A stretch of 64,000 bases of DNA from assembly GCA_031409275.1 (NCBI GenBank), contig JANNXA010000055.1, forward strand, positions 32,001 to 96,000. The letters are read 5' to 3'. The DNA comes from Planctomycetota bacterium (lineage in GTDB: Bacteria; Planctomycetota; B15-G4; SIAN01). Below, one piece after another: positions 29,355 through 40,168 of this stretch (position 1 is its first letter; each line of letters opens with the position of its first letter). Below the pieces are notes generated by a model. It was not told the DNA's origin, did not search any database, and worked only from the letters and a program-made list of their open reading frames with translations. A program made the position numbers and the translations under genes.

Positions 29355-32300
29355 TCACTTCCCTCCCTTAGTGGCGTCCTCTTGGAGCACGAGACCGGGC
29401 GATGGCTCGACATCACGCAACGAGTTCAGGCACGTAAACGTCTCCCAATCCCGCTCTTCTGGCTTCTGGAGCAGCGGAACCGAGACGCCGTCCTTCCGAG
29501 CCCGGTAGACGAGCATCGGCTTCTTTCGCGCCATGTTCACCCACTCGTCGAGCACGCGGCGCAGTCGATCCGCGACCTCGTCGCCGAGAGCCTGGCTTCC
29601 CGAAACGCCTGCGACACGAGCGCGAACTTCTTGAATCGCCTGCTGTGCCGACACATCCGTCACCTGCGCGCGCGAAGCTCCGTCATTCGCTGTGAGGGTT
29701 GGAGAGCGAAGCCTTGCCAAGGAAATGAGCAATGCAGTGATCCCTCGATCGAGAGCTCGGGCCGAAAAGGGCGTCACCGAAAGTGGCTCGACCTGCTCGT
29801 AAAACGTCCCGTGGTAGTGACCAAACCTTTCGTAGTGCGACAGGTCACGCGGCCGCGCCCAGTTGTAGACCGTGCAGACGATGCCCGGATGCCGACGACC
29901 GACGCGGCTCGTCGCCTGGATGTACTCGGCCGTGCTCTTCGGCTGACCGGCGACGACCATCAGCCCGAGTCGACCGATGTCGACACCGACCGAGATCATG
30001 TTCGTCGAGAGCAGCACGTCGATCGGCTTCTGCGAAGTGAACGTCGTGCGCGCCTTCCGCTCGGCTTCGCGCTGCTTCTCCAACGCCGGATCGAAGACGG
30101 CCTCCATCAAGTCGAGCAGGCCGGGGATCTCCGTCGAGTTCCGCCGCGAGGTCAGTTCCTCGACCAACGGCCTCGGCCGCCGCGCGAGTCCGCGCTCGTT
30201 CATGCGCAGTAGTCGGTTGGCGACGTCGTCGTCCACCAGCCGTCGCATGCCGCCGAGTTCGCGGAGCGAGTTGAAGTAGCCGACGAGCGTGCACCACGGA
30301 TCCGTGTGCTTGCCGTACTGCTTGTCGTAGAGAAGCCACGTCGCCGCGAGGTAGGCCGTGTACGTTCGGATCAGAACGCCCTTGAGTCGACGACCTGGCG
30401 CGCACACTCCGACGTACAACCGCCCCGGCGTGTCCTCGCTCGACTTCCGACGAACCGAGAAGAAGTTGTCCGCGATGTCCGTTCCGGGCGGCGGGAACAC
30501 CGCGACCCTGCGCAGGAACAGCGAACGCACTTGGTGCGCCGCATTGCGGATCGTCGCCGTCGACACGATGACCTTCGGCCGCACCGTCTTGCCGCCGACC
30601 TTCCACGTACACATGGCGTCGACGGCAGTCTCGTACAGCCCGACCAAGCTCCCGAGCGGGCCGGAGATCAGGTGCAGCTCGTCCTGGATGACGAGATCCG
30701 GCGGCCGTAGCGGCGGGTGGTCGATCGTCTTGGTCGCCGGATGCGAGCCCTTTGCCGGATGCGAGTCGGCGTCCTCTAGGTCCGGCGCACGGAACCCGTG
30801 CCGTGGACAGAGGCGCAACACGCGGCCGAACAGGTTCTGCGTCGCGCCGTTCCACGGCATCTGCGCGAACTTGTCGACGGTCGCGATCAGGAGCGACGGC
30901 GGGCGTCGGTAGATTTCCTCGTCGACGACGAGGACGGGCAGTCCCTCGTCCTTCGACTTGGCCTTGCTGAACAGGCACTGGCCGTAGGTGTCACCGCAGT
31001 ACGTGATCGTGCGACAGCGCCCCTGCGCCACCGTCTCCACGTCGATGTCGCGCCCCTCCTTGATCTCGGAGCCGCACCACGGGCAGGAAGTGAGCTGAGC
31101 AGGTGATCCGCTCGCGCCTGTCTTGTGGAAGCCCTTGGAGCCACCGCCGCGCGCCTCCTGGATGTACTCGTGCGCCTCCTCGGTCCAGTTCGGCGTCGTA
31201 CGCGCGCCGACCCAGATGCCGATGCGGAACGGCTCCTCGCCCCAACGCTTGTCGCCCTTCTCAAGCGCCTCGCGGCGGATCGCCTCGCACGCGCACACGA
31301 GCACGGACGCGCGCTGGAACTGCTGCAGCGTCAACAGGCGCAGCGTGTAGCGCATCAGCACGGCGATGCCCTTCTCGCCCGAGTATCCTTCGACCATTCC
31401 CCGGAGACGGCGCAGGCCCATCACGTACGCGGAGAGCCCCAAGTACGCTTCCGTTTTTCCTCCGGCTGTCGGGAACCAGAGGAGATCGGCGACGGCCTCG
31501 CTCGCATGACTGCGCTCGGGGTGATGGAGATCCGTGCAGCTCGGCAGGTTGAGCAGGATGAACGCGAGCTGGAACGGCCTCCACAAGTGGTTCGCCGGAT
31601 CCGCGTCGATGGCCTCGAGGTCGGGCTTTCGACCGCGCCTGCGATCCTCGGCGAACTTGGAATGGATGCGCTGCTTCCACATCGCATAGTTCGCGAAGCG
31701 GAACGACTCGGCCGCCTGCTCGTCTCGCTCCAGCAGCGCGATGCCCGCCTCGACTCGACGTAGCGCCGCGCGGCAACTCGTGATCGCATCGTGCGCGGGC
31801 GACTGGTACTCGTCGAGTCTCGCCGCCGGATCCGTGATCTCGCCTTCGCGCAGGTCGATCCAGCGCTGGTACGCCTGAACGAGCGGCCGGAGCGCGGGTC
31901 CGAGTTCTGCCCGCGACTTGAAGGCCAGGACCTTCATGTCGAGTTCGAGGCCCTTGAGTCCCTCGAAGCCCTTATCGTTCTCGGTGGGCGCGTCGACGCG
32001 CTCGACTTCGGACGTCGGCATCGCGACGGTCGTCAGCAACCGCGCTTTCCAAGCATCCTTCGGGTCGACCTCGGAGTGGGTGGCCGTCCCGTGTCCGACG
32101 GCGAACTCGCCGTAGCGGCGGTACAGCATCGCCATCTCGCGCTCCTCACGAGACAAGTCGGTGCCGTCGTCGAACTTGCCGCGCATCGACGGCCGACGCT
32201 CGAACACCGAGGAACCGTCGACGCCCTCGACGGCCAGCTCGACTTGGAAGAGCCACGCACTGCCCGCCTTCTCGTCCTGCACTTCTTCTTGCTCGTTGAC

Positions 32301-32948
32301 CAGGAAGAGCGTGACGACCCACTGGTCGTTCAACTTTCGGACGATGCCCTCGACGTGGACCTCGGGCTTCCGCGCATCAGGGCTGACCTTCGCGATCGGC
32401 CCTTCGCGCAACGCGACGGTGAACGGTTCGCCTCCGTGGGGCGTGCGCTTCCAGACCTTTTGCGGGTTGCCGCTCTTGGTCTCGAGCGAGGCGCTGTCGG
32501 TGCGCTGGTACTGGCCCCATGCGGCCGTGACCCGAACCTGCGTCACATGCTTCGCGACGACGAAGCTGAGGCCCAGCGACGAGGGAAACATCGTCCCCGT
32601 GCGGACACCGGAGAACTCTCGCGTGCCCTCCTCCCGGCTGTCGGGATGGTCGCCGGTCTCGATCGTGTCGTCTTCGCGCTGATCGAGGCTCGTTTCCTTC
32701 GGCGCGAGCATCCCGACGAGGTAGCGGTCCTTGACCGAAGACTCGTCGACCTCTTCGTCGGGGCCACCGGCCGGTCCTTGGAGTTCGAGCCGCACGAGGC
32801 GATCGATCTCCAAGCGGATGGTCGGCAGGCTCGGCGTGCGCGGAGCCACGAGCTGGGCGTCGGTCTTAGCGGAGGGGGCCATCTCCATCGCTCGAACCTG
32901 AGGCTCGGCAGGAGATCGCACCGGCTTGTCGGGATCAGGATCGGGCAC
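29355..32948 (-). CDS. drmA: DISARM SF2 helicase
   Basis: WRPFQLAF, WFPTAGGKTEAY, IQDELHLISGPLG, NMISVGVD, YIQATSRVGR. Confidence 0.92.
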   Translation of the reverse strand: MPDPDPDKPVRSPAEPQVRAMEMAPSAKTDAQLVAPRTPSLPTIRLEIDRLVRLELQGPAGGPDEEVDESSVKDRYLVGMLAPKETSLDQREDDTIETGDHPDSREEGTREFSGVRTGTMFPSSLGLSFVVAKHVTQVRVTAAWGQYQRTDSASLETKSGNPQKVWKRTPHGGEPFTVALREGPIAKVSPDARKPEVHVEGIVRKLNDQWVVTLFLVNEQEEVQDEKAGSAWLFQVELAVEGVDGSSVFERRPSMRGKFDDGTDLSREEREMAMLYRRYGEFAVGHGTATHSEVDPKDAWKARLLTTVAMPTSEVERVDAPTENDKGFEGLKGLELDMKVLAFKSRAELGPALRPLVQAYQRWIDLREGEITDPAARLDEYQSPAHDAITSCRAALRRVEAGIALLERDEQAAESFRFANYAMWKQRIHSKFAEDRRRGRKPDLEAIDADPANHLWRPFQLAFILLNLPSCTDLHHPERSHASEAVADLLWFPTAGGKTEAYLGLSAYVMGLRRLRGMVEGYSGEKGIAVLMRYTLRLLTLQQFQRASVLVCACEAIRREALEKGDKRWGEEPFRIGIWVGARTTPNWTEEAHEYIQEARGGGSKGFHKTGASGSPAQLTSCPWCGSEIKEGRDIDVETVAQGRCRTITYCGDTYGQCLFSKAKSKDEGLPVLVVDEEIYRRPPSLLIATVDKFAQMPWNGATQNLFGRVLRLCPRHGFRAPDLEDADSHPAKGSHPATKTIDHPPLRPPDLVIQDELHLISGPLGSLVGLYETAVDAMCTWKVGGKTVRPKVIVSTATIRNAAHQVRSLFLRRVAVFPPPGTDIADNFFSVRRKSSEDTPGRLYVGVCAPGRRLKGVLIRTYTAYLAATWLLYDKQYGKHTDPWCTLVGYFNSLRELGGMRRLVDDDVANRLLRMNERGLARRPRPLVEELTSRRNSTEIPGLLDLMEAVFDPALEKQREAERKARTTFTSQKPIDVLLSTNMISVGVDIGRLGLMVVAGQPKSTAEYIQATSRVGRRHPGIVCTVYNWARPRDLSHYERFGHYHGTFYEQVEPLSVTPFSARALDRGITALLISLARLRSPTLTANDGASRAQVTDVSAQQAIQEVRARVAGVSGSQALGDEVADRLRRVLDEWVNMARKKPMLVYRARKDGVSVPLLQKPEERDWETFTCLNSLRDVEPSPGLVLQEDATKGGK

Positions 32949-32952
32949 TCGA

Positions 32953-35900
32953 TTACTCCTCTACCTCAGCAGCGTGACGGGTGTGATTCAGGGCGAGCAG
33001 ACGGTCGAGGATCTCCGCACGGAGCGAGTCCTGCATCGAGAACCTCACGCCCTCGACCAGTGTGTGGAAGCCGTGTTCAGGCTGGAGATCGGACCATTCG
33101 TAGGCGGCCAGCGTCGCGCGGTCCATCTCGGCCATCAAGGACCGCAGAACACCCACATCCTCGTCGTTGCACGCGGGGTCATGGAACTTGTTGTAGAGGG
33201 ACGTGAGGCCGCAACGGCGCACTCTCATGCTGCCAAGGCGCGCGCTCTCAAACTCTGAGGCGGCTGCTCGCACATCATCGGACCCTGGAGGACATGGAAA
33301 GGTAGAAAAGCACGCGGTTATCGAATAGCTGAGTGTGCTGCCGAGGTGCGAGATGTAGTTGAGTGCCCACGCGCTATGTATGCCAGAGCACAGCACTCCA
33401 AAGAGGTGCCAATCAAAGCGTCGCAGAAAGATCAACTTGTTGGACAAGATCCAGCTTGAAGGAACCACCGCCACATTGAGGTACTTGGAAACGACAGGGA
33501 TCACGATGGCTTGCTCGGACGATTGGCGCAGCTCCGCATAGGCTGCGGCCCTCTTGTCCCAGTGCTTCCAATAGCACGCTTCATGGATCTGACGGTGAAG
33601 CACGTCACGCTGTGGGCGAACAAGGCGACGCACTCGTTCGATTGCTTCTGGGAACTCAGCAAACTGATCCTCGCTCAAGTCGTCCGCACAAATCACCCAG
33701 CTCGAAGGCTCATGGCCGGGAGAAGTGTTCACGTCCATGCCATTGACATACGGTCGGAGAATCTGCGAATAGCGAGGGTTGCTCCGCATCCACGCATGCG
33801 CCGTGTCAAACGACACCGTGAAACCGTCCCCGAGTAGAACCGTGCCCTGCGAAACGAGCCCCTTGTTCGACGGCAAGACATGTGGAGTCCGGCTATTGGC
33901 ACGTGAATCCAGGAATGAAGTGATTGCCGACACAGGGGTGTCGTTCAATAACGGCGTTCCCTTGTGTACACCGGAAATCAAGACGCAAGGACTAACGACG
34001 ACTCCAGCCGCACCCGGCCAAGGAATTGCCGTTCTGGACCAACAGATTGTCCATCCACGCGACAACAACCACTCAAGTCCGATCTCGCGACCCTTGCCTT
34101 CCGCGATCGCTTTGCTCAGCACCAAGCCCATAGCCCCTCGCCTATGGAGTAGCTCGCTCGCTCGCAACAGAAAGTAGACAACCAGGTCAGCGTTGCCCCG
34201 ACGATGCCTCCAGCGATTCTTGATCGAGGCCAGGACAGAATCGCCTATCGCCTCCGCAATTCGCATCGATCCCAAGAACGGCGGATTCCCGACGACGCAG
34301 TCGAAGCCTTTCGGTCGAGACTCATGATCGAAGACTTCTGGAAACTCCAAGAGCCAATGAAATGGACCGCTGTAGCCGCTATCGATAGGAACATTACGCG
34401 CGAACGAAGCGACATTCTGCTGGGTCAGCGTTGCACGCCTTAGCGCGGACTCGCTGGCAGCTCCAGAATCCTCCAGCAGCGTGAGAAGGTCAGACGCGAG
34501 GTCTTGAATGGTATCGCTGGGCTGGTGGCTGGATTTGTCCTTCGAAGCGGAATTGAGATGCCAAGCAACCAGACCATCGGCAGCGATGTGCAAGTCATGT
34601 GTAGCACGCTCGGCTGTGGTCAGAAGTTGCGCCTTGTGCTCCACGTCTCTTGTGCTTTCCGTCGGGAGCACTTCCAATTGTTCGCGAAGTGAGCGCGCGA
34701 CCGCAAGCGTGCGGCGGACTGCCCCCGAGGCCAGCAACAATTGAGCACCACTGTCGGCTAGGCTAAGTCTTTCAAGCTGCCAACTGTGGACCACACCGAG
34801 GAGGGCATCTCCACATCGCATGCTGTGGTCCAGGAAGCCGAAGGGCTTGTCCCGCTGCAAGGTAACCAGCCAGAGCGAGAGCTTCGCCATCTCGATGGCC
34901 GACGGATTGATGTCGACGCCATAGAGGCATCGGTCCGCCACAACGCGGCGAGCGATCGCTTGTCGCTCCGCGTCGTCCTTCGGGATGATCCGTTCCCCTT
35001 GCGCTCCGGTCGAAAGGCCACCCTCGGGCGTCACGAGCAGCCGCCCTGGGTTCGCGGTTTCGAGCAGCTCCCACGCCTCGACGAGTCGCTCGGCGAGGTA
35101 GCGGCACGCCTGCACGAGGAACGCGCCTGACCCACAGGCGAGGTCGCACACGCGGAGCGCGAGGATCTCCACCGGCGTCCTCAGCTTCCACTCGGCCTCG
35201 GGGAGACCTTCGGCGGGTCCGACGTACACGAGCGGTTCGAGCGCGTACCGAACGACGGGCTCCGTCAAGCTCGGCGGCGTGTAGTGCGTGCCCGTGCTGC
35301 GTCGATCCGCGCCCGCCGTGACGTACACGCTGTCCTTCGGATACACGGCCGGTTGCTGGCGACGATCTTCGCGAACCAACCCGGCGACCGGCTTCACGCG
35401 CCCATACAGGTCGTGGTCGTTACCGCACGCGACCAGCCAGCGCGCCGAATCGTCTTCGATCTCGTACTCGAGGTCCTTTTTGATCGAAGGCTCGGAGCGC
35501 CCGGTCTTCTCCTTCACGAACGAAACGAGCTTCGACGGATCGCTCGCGTCGTAGCACTGCTCCAGCTCGCGCAGCTCGATCTCGGGCTCCTCGCCCTTTG
35601 GCCCCTTGAGGCTGACCACGGCGTCGGCCGCGCGCTTCGCCGTGTGATCAAGCAGGCTCTCGTAGACGTTGCCGATCTGCTCGACACCCAGCTCGCGGAA
35701 CGACAGACGCCGTGTCTCGGCTCCGTTCGCGCCCGTGTCTCGCACGCGCAGGACCTGCAGCGCCTCGAGCACGAACAGCACCGTCGCGTCGTCGACACCG
35801 AGCGGCGATGCCTGGACGGTGTGCCAGCTCTCGCCCGGCTTGCGACCTTCCAGGAACGGGAAGCGGTCGGGATCGAACAGGTGCCCGCCGTACGCGGGCA

Positions 35901-36999
35901 GTCGCATGTCCTCGTGGACGACGCCACCGTGGATCGCGCGGAAACACGCCAGCAGACGACACCAGGCGGACGACCGACGTTCGAGCACGTCGGGGCCGAG
36001 ACGGTCGGCGTCGGCGCGCAGGGTCGCACCGAGCGGCGAGAGCGCGTAGTGCCGCTGGTAGAAGGTCGACTTCGCGACCGGGAAGTACAGGTCGGCCTGC
36101 TCTTCCAGGTAGAAGACGAAGACGAGACGCATCATCACCGTCACGGCGGCCTCGTAGACCTGCTTCTCCGACACTCCGGCGAGGACCGTGCGGTTGGAGC
36201 GGCGGTCGAGTTCGTCGATGCGGCGCACGAGCAGCTCGATCGCCTCGCGCACCTGCAAGCCGAGCTGGATCGTGACGTCGTGCTGGTGCTCGGCGCTGCG
36301 TTCGATCAGGCGCTCAAGCGTGTCGTCGACGGCTCCAAGCGTGCGGCGCACGCCGAGCAGCGTGCGGAACGACTGGAGTGTGATCTTCTCCTCGAACCAC
36401 AGCGAGGCGTGCCAGGTCACGAACGTCGTCGTGCCCTTGTGCGGGGCGGACACGAGCACCCACTGCTCGCCGTTCGTCACGAGGCCGAGCGACAGGCCGG
36501 AGACGGAGGAGCCGCGTAGCAGCTCGACCATCCGCGTCAGGGGCGAGGCCTTCCAGTGAGCGTTCTCCAGGGCCCGTTGGAGATCCGTGTCGGGATCGTG
36601 CATCTGGATCACCAGGCGCGCAGGGCGATCGCCTTGGTCGACGATTCCGAGCAGGGCGACGTCGGGCTGGAGCGTCTCGCCGTGCAGGGCAGCGCGCACG
36701 CGGAGCTTGGCCGGGATTGCCGGACCATCGACGAGGACCTCGGGTCCATACTCGAGCGCACGCGACAGCACGAAGCGGATCCACTGCGTGTGGTAGGCAC
36801 GATCGTCGGAGTGCGCGTTCCATTCCCCGTGAGCGGCTTTCAGCTCGGCGCGTACGTCGCGATCGTCAGCTTCGAGTCCCTGCGGCAGGGCTTCCTTTAG
36901 GACGGGCAGCGACAGGAACGGGCCCGACACGTCGACCAGGCGCAGCCACTCGAGGTGACTTGCTCCCGCAGTCGGGGGTTTCGGCGCGCGGCGTTGCAT
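32953..36999 (-). CDS. drmMI: DISARM adenine methyltransferase (type IIG-like)
   Basis: GTHYTP, DLACGSGAFL, LYGVDIN, FHWLLEFPEVF, VGNPPF. Confidence 0.88.
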   Translation of the reverse strand: MQRRAPKPPTAGASHLEWLRLVDVSGPFLSLPVLKEALPQGLEADDRDVRAELKAAHGEWNAHSDDRAYHTQWIRFVLSRALEYGPEVLVDGPAIPAKLRVRAALHGETLQPDVALLGIVDQGDRPARLVIQMHDPDTDLQRALENAHWKASPLTRMVELLRGSSVSGLSLGLVTNGEQWVLVSAPHKGTTTFVTWHASLWFEEKITLQSFRTLLGVRRTLGAVDDTLERLIERSAEHQHDVTIQLGLQVREAIELLVRRIDELDRRSNRTVLAGVSEKQVYEAAVTVMMRLVFVFYLEEQADLYFPVAKSTFYQRHYALSPLGATLRADADRLGPDVLERRSSAWCRLLACFRAIHGGVVHEDMRLPAYGGHLFDPDRFPFLEGRKPGESWHTVQASPLGVDDATVLFVLEALQVLRVRDTGANGAETRRLSFRELGVEQIGNVYESLLDHTAKRAADAVVSLKGPKGEEPEIELRELEQCYDASDPSKLVSFVKEKTGRSEPSIKKDLEYEIEDDSARWLVACGNDHDLYGRVKPVAGLVREDRRQQPAVYPKDSVYVTAGADRRSTGTHYTPPSLTEPVVRYALEPLVYVGPAEGLPEAEWKLRTPVEILALRVCDLACGSGAFLVQACRYLAERLVEAWELLETANPGRLLVTPEGGLSTGAQGERIIPKDDAERQAIARRVVADRCLYGVDINPSAIEMAKLSLWLVTLQRDKPFGFLDHSMRCGDALLGVVHSWQLERLSLADSGAQLLLASGAVRRTLAVARSLREQLEVLPTESTRDVEHKAQLLTTAERATHDLHIAADGLVAWHLNSASKDKSSHQPSDTIQDLASDLLTLLEDSGAASESALRRATLTQQNVASFARNVPIDSGYSGPFHWLLEFPEVFDHESRPKGFDCVVGNPPFLGSMRIAEAIGDSVLASIKNRWRHRRGNADLVVYFLLRASELLHRRGAMGLVLSKAIAEGKGREIGLEWLLSRGWTICWSRTAIPWPGAAGVVVSPCVLISGVHKGTPLLNDTPVSAITSFLDSRANSRTPHVLPSNKGLVSQGTVLLGDGFTVSFDTAHAWMRSNPRYSQILRPYVNGMDVNTSPGHEPSSWVICADDLSEDQFAEFPEAIERVRRLVRPQRDVLHRQIHEACYWKHWDKRAAAYAELRQSSEQAIVIPVVSKYLNVAVVPSSWILSNKLIFLRRFDWHLFGVLCSGIHSAWALNYISHLGSTLSYSITACFSTFPCPPGSDDVRAAASEFESARLGSMRVRRCGLTSLYNKFHDPACNDEDVGVLRSLMAEMDRATLAAYEWSDLQPEHGFHTLVEGVRFSMQDSLRAEILDRLLALNHTRHAAEVEE

Positions 37000-37015
37000 G
37001 GGTGGTCTTTGGCTC

Positions 37016-40000
37016 TCACCACGACTCGGGAACGAGGAACGCAACAGCGACCGGGAAGCTCCAAGGCTTCGGATCACGGAAGCGGCGACGTAGTTCGGCC
37101 TGCTCCGCGCGCACGCGATCGGGAATCCGAATCAGTTCTTCCCGCAAGCTATCTGCGTCGCGAATCCATTGCGCCTGTTCGAGCGCGGTGAACAATCCGA
37201 GTTGCGTCTGTTTGCGCTCTTCGAGTTCGGTTTCGATCTGCTTCTGGAGTTCGGCGAAGATCGCCTCGATCTTCTTGCACTCGTCCTCGGCACGGTCCTC
37301 GAGCATCGTGTGCAGGTTCTTCGTGCGTTGCTGCTCGCGGAATTGCAGGGCTTCTCCGAGCGGTTTCTCGATGCGTGGCCAGAGAGCGCGGATGCGCTGC
37401 CGTTGCGCGTCGGTCGCGGATCGATCGGAGAGAGCACGTTCGATGCGCGATGTCTCCTCGACGGTATCGAAGCGCCGGAAACGGCCATCGCTCACGTAGC
37501 CACCGGACACGATCACCTGCTCGTGCAGGCGATGGCCGTCTGTTCCGAGGACGAGGATGCGCGACCACGCGACCACGGCGAGTTCCTTGCTCACGCTCGC
37601 CGGGACCGTGCAGGCCACGACACGATGGATCTGGCGTGCATCCTGCCCGGCGGAGATCTCCGCGCGCAGGAGCCGTTGCGACATGTCCACCAGCCGGTGG
37701 TTGAGGTGGGCGAGCACCACGTCATCGCGATCCTTCGCCACTCCGTGATCGAACGTGATCGGACGTTCCTTCTTCGTGTGCGGGTGCAGCAGACCGGCAA
37801 GGCATCCGCCCCACGCGCCGGTGAGCTTCGGCATCCAGAAGGTCTGCGAGCGAGCGTCGACGGGCCGTAGCGCAGGCTGCCGAGCGAGCCGCAGGGCAAC
37901 CTCGACCACACGGCGCACGGACTCGGGCGTGATGTGCAGCTCTTCGCGCGACTCGTCCAACGTGCGCCGAAGGCGAGCAACCTCCTCGGCGAGCTTGCGT
38001 TGGAACGAGAGCAGGCGGCGGATCGGCTCCGCTTCTTTCTCGGCGCGCGACGTGTCGATGTCGCGACGCTTCCCGAGCATGGCCTCCTCGACCTGCCTCG
38101 CGATGACCGGGCTCACCTTGCCGAACAGGTCGCTACCGATCAGCTGGATCTTCTTCGCAGCGACCATGAGGAACTCGAGGTCGCCGTCGAGATCGCCGGG
38201 TCGAGTGTTCGCGTCTCCCACGTTCTGGCGGTAGTCGGCCCCCACGAAGTGGAAGATCTCGGGTGCGAACTTCTGTCCATGGCGATCGATGCGACCATTG
38301 CGCTGTTCGAGAACGTTCGGGTTCCAGGGAATCTCGATGTGGATGAGTCGGTGGCAGTGGTTCTGGAGGTCGATCCCCTCGGAAGCCATGTCAGTGGCGA
38401 GGAGGATGCGGACCTTCGACTGCGCCGGGTCGGACTGGAAGGCGGCCTTGATGCGCTCGCGGTCGTCCTCGTCCATGCCGCCGTAGAGCAATTCGAGACG
38501 TTCGTCGACCGCGAAGCCGTGATGGGCGAGGATCCCATGGAGCCAGTTCTGGGTCGCGCGGTACTCGGTGAAGAGAATCACGCGCTCGTCGTTCCACCTG
38601 CCACCCGGGCGCAGCGTCACTTCGAGCCAGCGCAGGAGTTCGGCCGTCTTCGAGTCGGGGCGGTTCACTGCCTGGCGCGCTCGCGTGCTCAAGTCCTGGA
38701 GCAGTCGCTTCTCTTCGGCTCCCAGTTCGTCGAACGCGTTCGTCGACGCGACGATCGCATCCCCAAGATCCTCTTCGTGTTCGTCGTCGGTCGTTTCCTC
38801 GGGATCTTCGGCGGCTTGAAGCTGGCGACGCAGCACGCCTTCGGGAACCAATCGCTTGGGTGAGGCCTTCTCCTCGATCCCGCGCAGCGTCTTGACGTGC
38901 TTGTCGAGCGTGTCCGCGAAGGCCTGCGGCGAAGAGAACATCCGCTTCTTCAGCAACTTCAGCACGAACTCGGTCCCGATCGAGCGCGCACCGCTGGATC
39001 CACTTTCAGCTACACGACGCAGCTCTCCGTATCGCTTCAGGTCCTGGTAGAGCGCCTTCTCCTCGACGGTGTAGTGGATCGAAATCGCCTGGAGTTGGCG
39101 CTCGAGGAAAATGCGCTTTCCTTGCTCATCGACGAGCTCCGTCTTCAGGCGACGAACCGTCACTGCCTGCACCTGCTTGGGATCCTGGCGACGTACACCC
39201 CGCGTGAACCGCTGGTCGTCGAGCAGGTGCAGGAGCGCAGAGAAGCTCTCGGGAGAACCGTTGTGCGGCGTCGCTGAGAGGAAGAGCTTGTGCTCGAAGT
39301 GCGGTGCGAGCAACCGGATCGCGTCGGTGCGTTGGGATTCGATCGCGTAGTTCCCGCCCCCCGATGGAGCGATGTTGTGCGCTTCGTCGACGATCAGGAG
39401 TCCGTGGCGGCGCGGATAAGTCGGCTCGGTCGAGCCCGGGAGCGTCTCGCGGAAGAGTCGCAGCGGCATTTCGCGCTTCAGGTAGTCCATCGACGTGATC
39501 AAGCGCGGGAAGTGCGTCCACGGATTGACGTGAAGTCCGCGCTCACGACGCAGTCGCTTCATCGCCTCCGAGTCGACGATCACGAAGTCGAGACCGAACT
39601 TGTCGCGCATCTCGTCCTTCCACTTCGCGTTCAGCGCAGCGGGGCAGACGACGAGCACGTTCTGGATACGGTGGCGGAGCAGCAGCTCCTGGAGGACGAG
39701 CCCAGCTTCGATCGTCTTGCCGAGCCCCACATCGTCGGCGATCAGCAGGTTGACGCGCGGCATCTTGATCGCGCGAACGACGGGTTCGAGCTGGAAGCTC
39801 TCGATCGTCACACCGCTGCGGAAAGGCGACTGCAGCGAGCTCGCATCGGCCGACGAGACGGTGCCCCAACGGACCGCGTCGAGGAACGCGGAGAAACACT
39901 CGGGGTCGTCGAAGCCGTCCGGACGCGGCAGCTCGGGGCGTCCACGATTGACGATCCGCGCGCCCGGTTCGATCTCCCAGATGACCTCGAGCTCCTCACC

Positions 40001-40168
40001 CCATCCGTCTTCGTCCATCGAGGAGAGGCGGACGACGTGACTCGCTTCGTTCGTCGGCGGGTGGAGCGGGTCCTTCGGCAGCGAGGAGCTGACCACCTCG
40101 CGGACCACCCACTGACGACGGCGCACCTCGACGGAGTCGGCGGATTGGGGGACGGCTTGGGTCGTCAT
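37016..40168 (-). CDS. drmD: DISARM SNF2-like helicase
   Basis: LIADDVGLGKTIEAG, IVDEAH, LSATPHNG, LEQRNGRIDRHGQ. Confidence 0.92.
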   Translation of the reverse strand: MTTQAVPQSADSVEVRRRQWVVREVVSSSLPKDPLHPPTNEASHVVRLSSMDEDGWGEELEVIWEIEPGARIVNRGRPELPRPDGFDDPECFSAFLDAVRWGTVSSADASSLQSPFRSGVTIESFQLEPVVRAIKMPRVNLLIADDVGLGKTIEAGLVLQELLLRHRIQNVLVVCPAALNAKWKDEMRDKFGLDFVIVDSEAMKRLRRERGLHVNPWTHFPRLITSMDYLKREMPLRLFRETLPGSTEPTYPRRHGLLIVDEAHNIAPSGGGNYAIESQRTDAIRLLAPHFEHKLFLSATPHNGSPESFSALLHLLDDQRFTRGVRRQDPKQVQAVTVRRLKTELVDEQGKRIFLERQLQAISIHYTVEEKALYQDLKRYGELRRVAESGSSGARSIGTEFVLKLLKKRMFSSPQAFADTLDKHVKTLRGIEEKASPKRLVPEGVLRRQLQAAEDPEETTDDEHEEDLGDAIVASTNAFDELGAEEKRLLQDLSTRARQAVNRPDSKTAELLRWLEVTLRPGGRWNDERVILFTEYRATQNWLHGILAHHGFAVDERLELLYGGMDEDDRERIKAAFQSDPAQSKVRILLATDMASEGIDLQNHCHRLIHIEIPWNPNVLEQRNGRIDRHGQKFAPEIFHFVGADYRQNVGDANTRPGDLDGDLEFLMVAAKKIQLIGSDLFGKVSPVIARQVEEAMLGKRRDIDTSRAEKEAEPIRRLLSFQRKLAEEVARLRRTLDESREELHITPESVRRVVEVALRLARQPALRPVDARSQTFWMPKLTGAWGGCLAGLLHPHTKKERPITFDHGVAKDRDDVVLAHLNHRLVDMSQRLLRAEISAGQDARQIHRVVACTVPASVSKELAVVAWSRILVLGTDGHRLHEQVIVSGGYVSDGRFRRFDTVEETSRIERALSDRSATDAQRQRIRALWPRIEKPLGEALQFREQQRTKNLHTMLEDRAEDECKKIEAIFAELQKQIETELEERKQTQLGLFTALEQAQWIRDADSLREELIRIPDRVRAEQAELRRRFRDPKPWSFPVAVAFLVPESW

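Noticed and set aside
28167..30212. 681-aa plus-strand ORF and similar long antisense ORFs (31791-33206, 39290-40783, 50251-51975, 62629-63981)
   Set aside because: Shadow frames of well-supported genes, as expected in high-GC DNA
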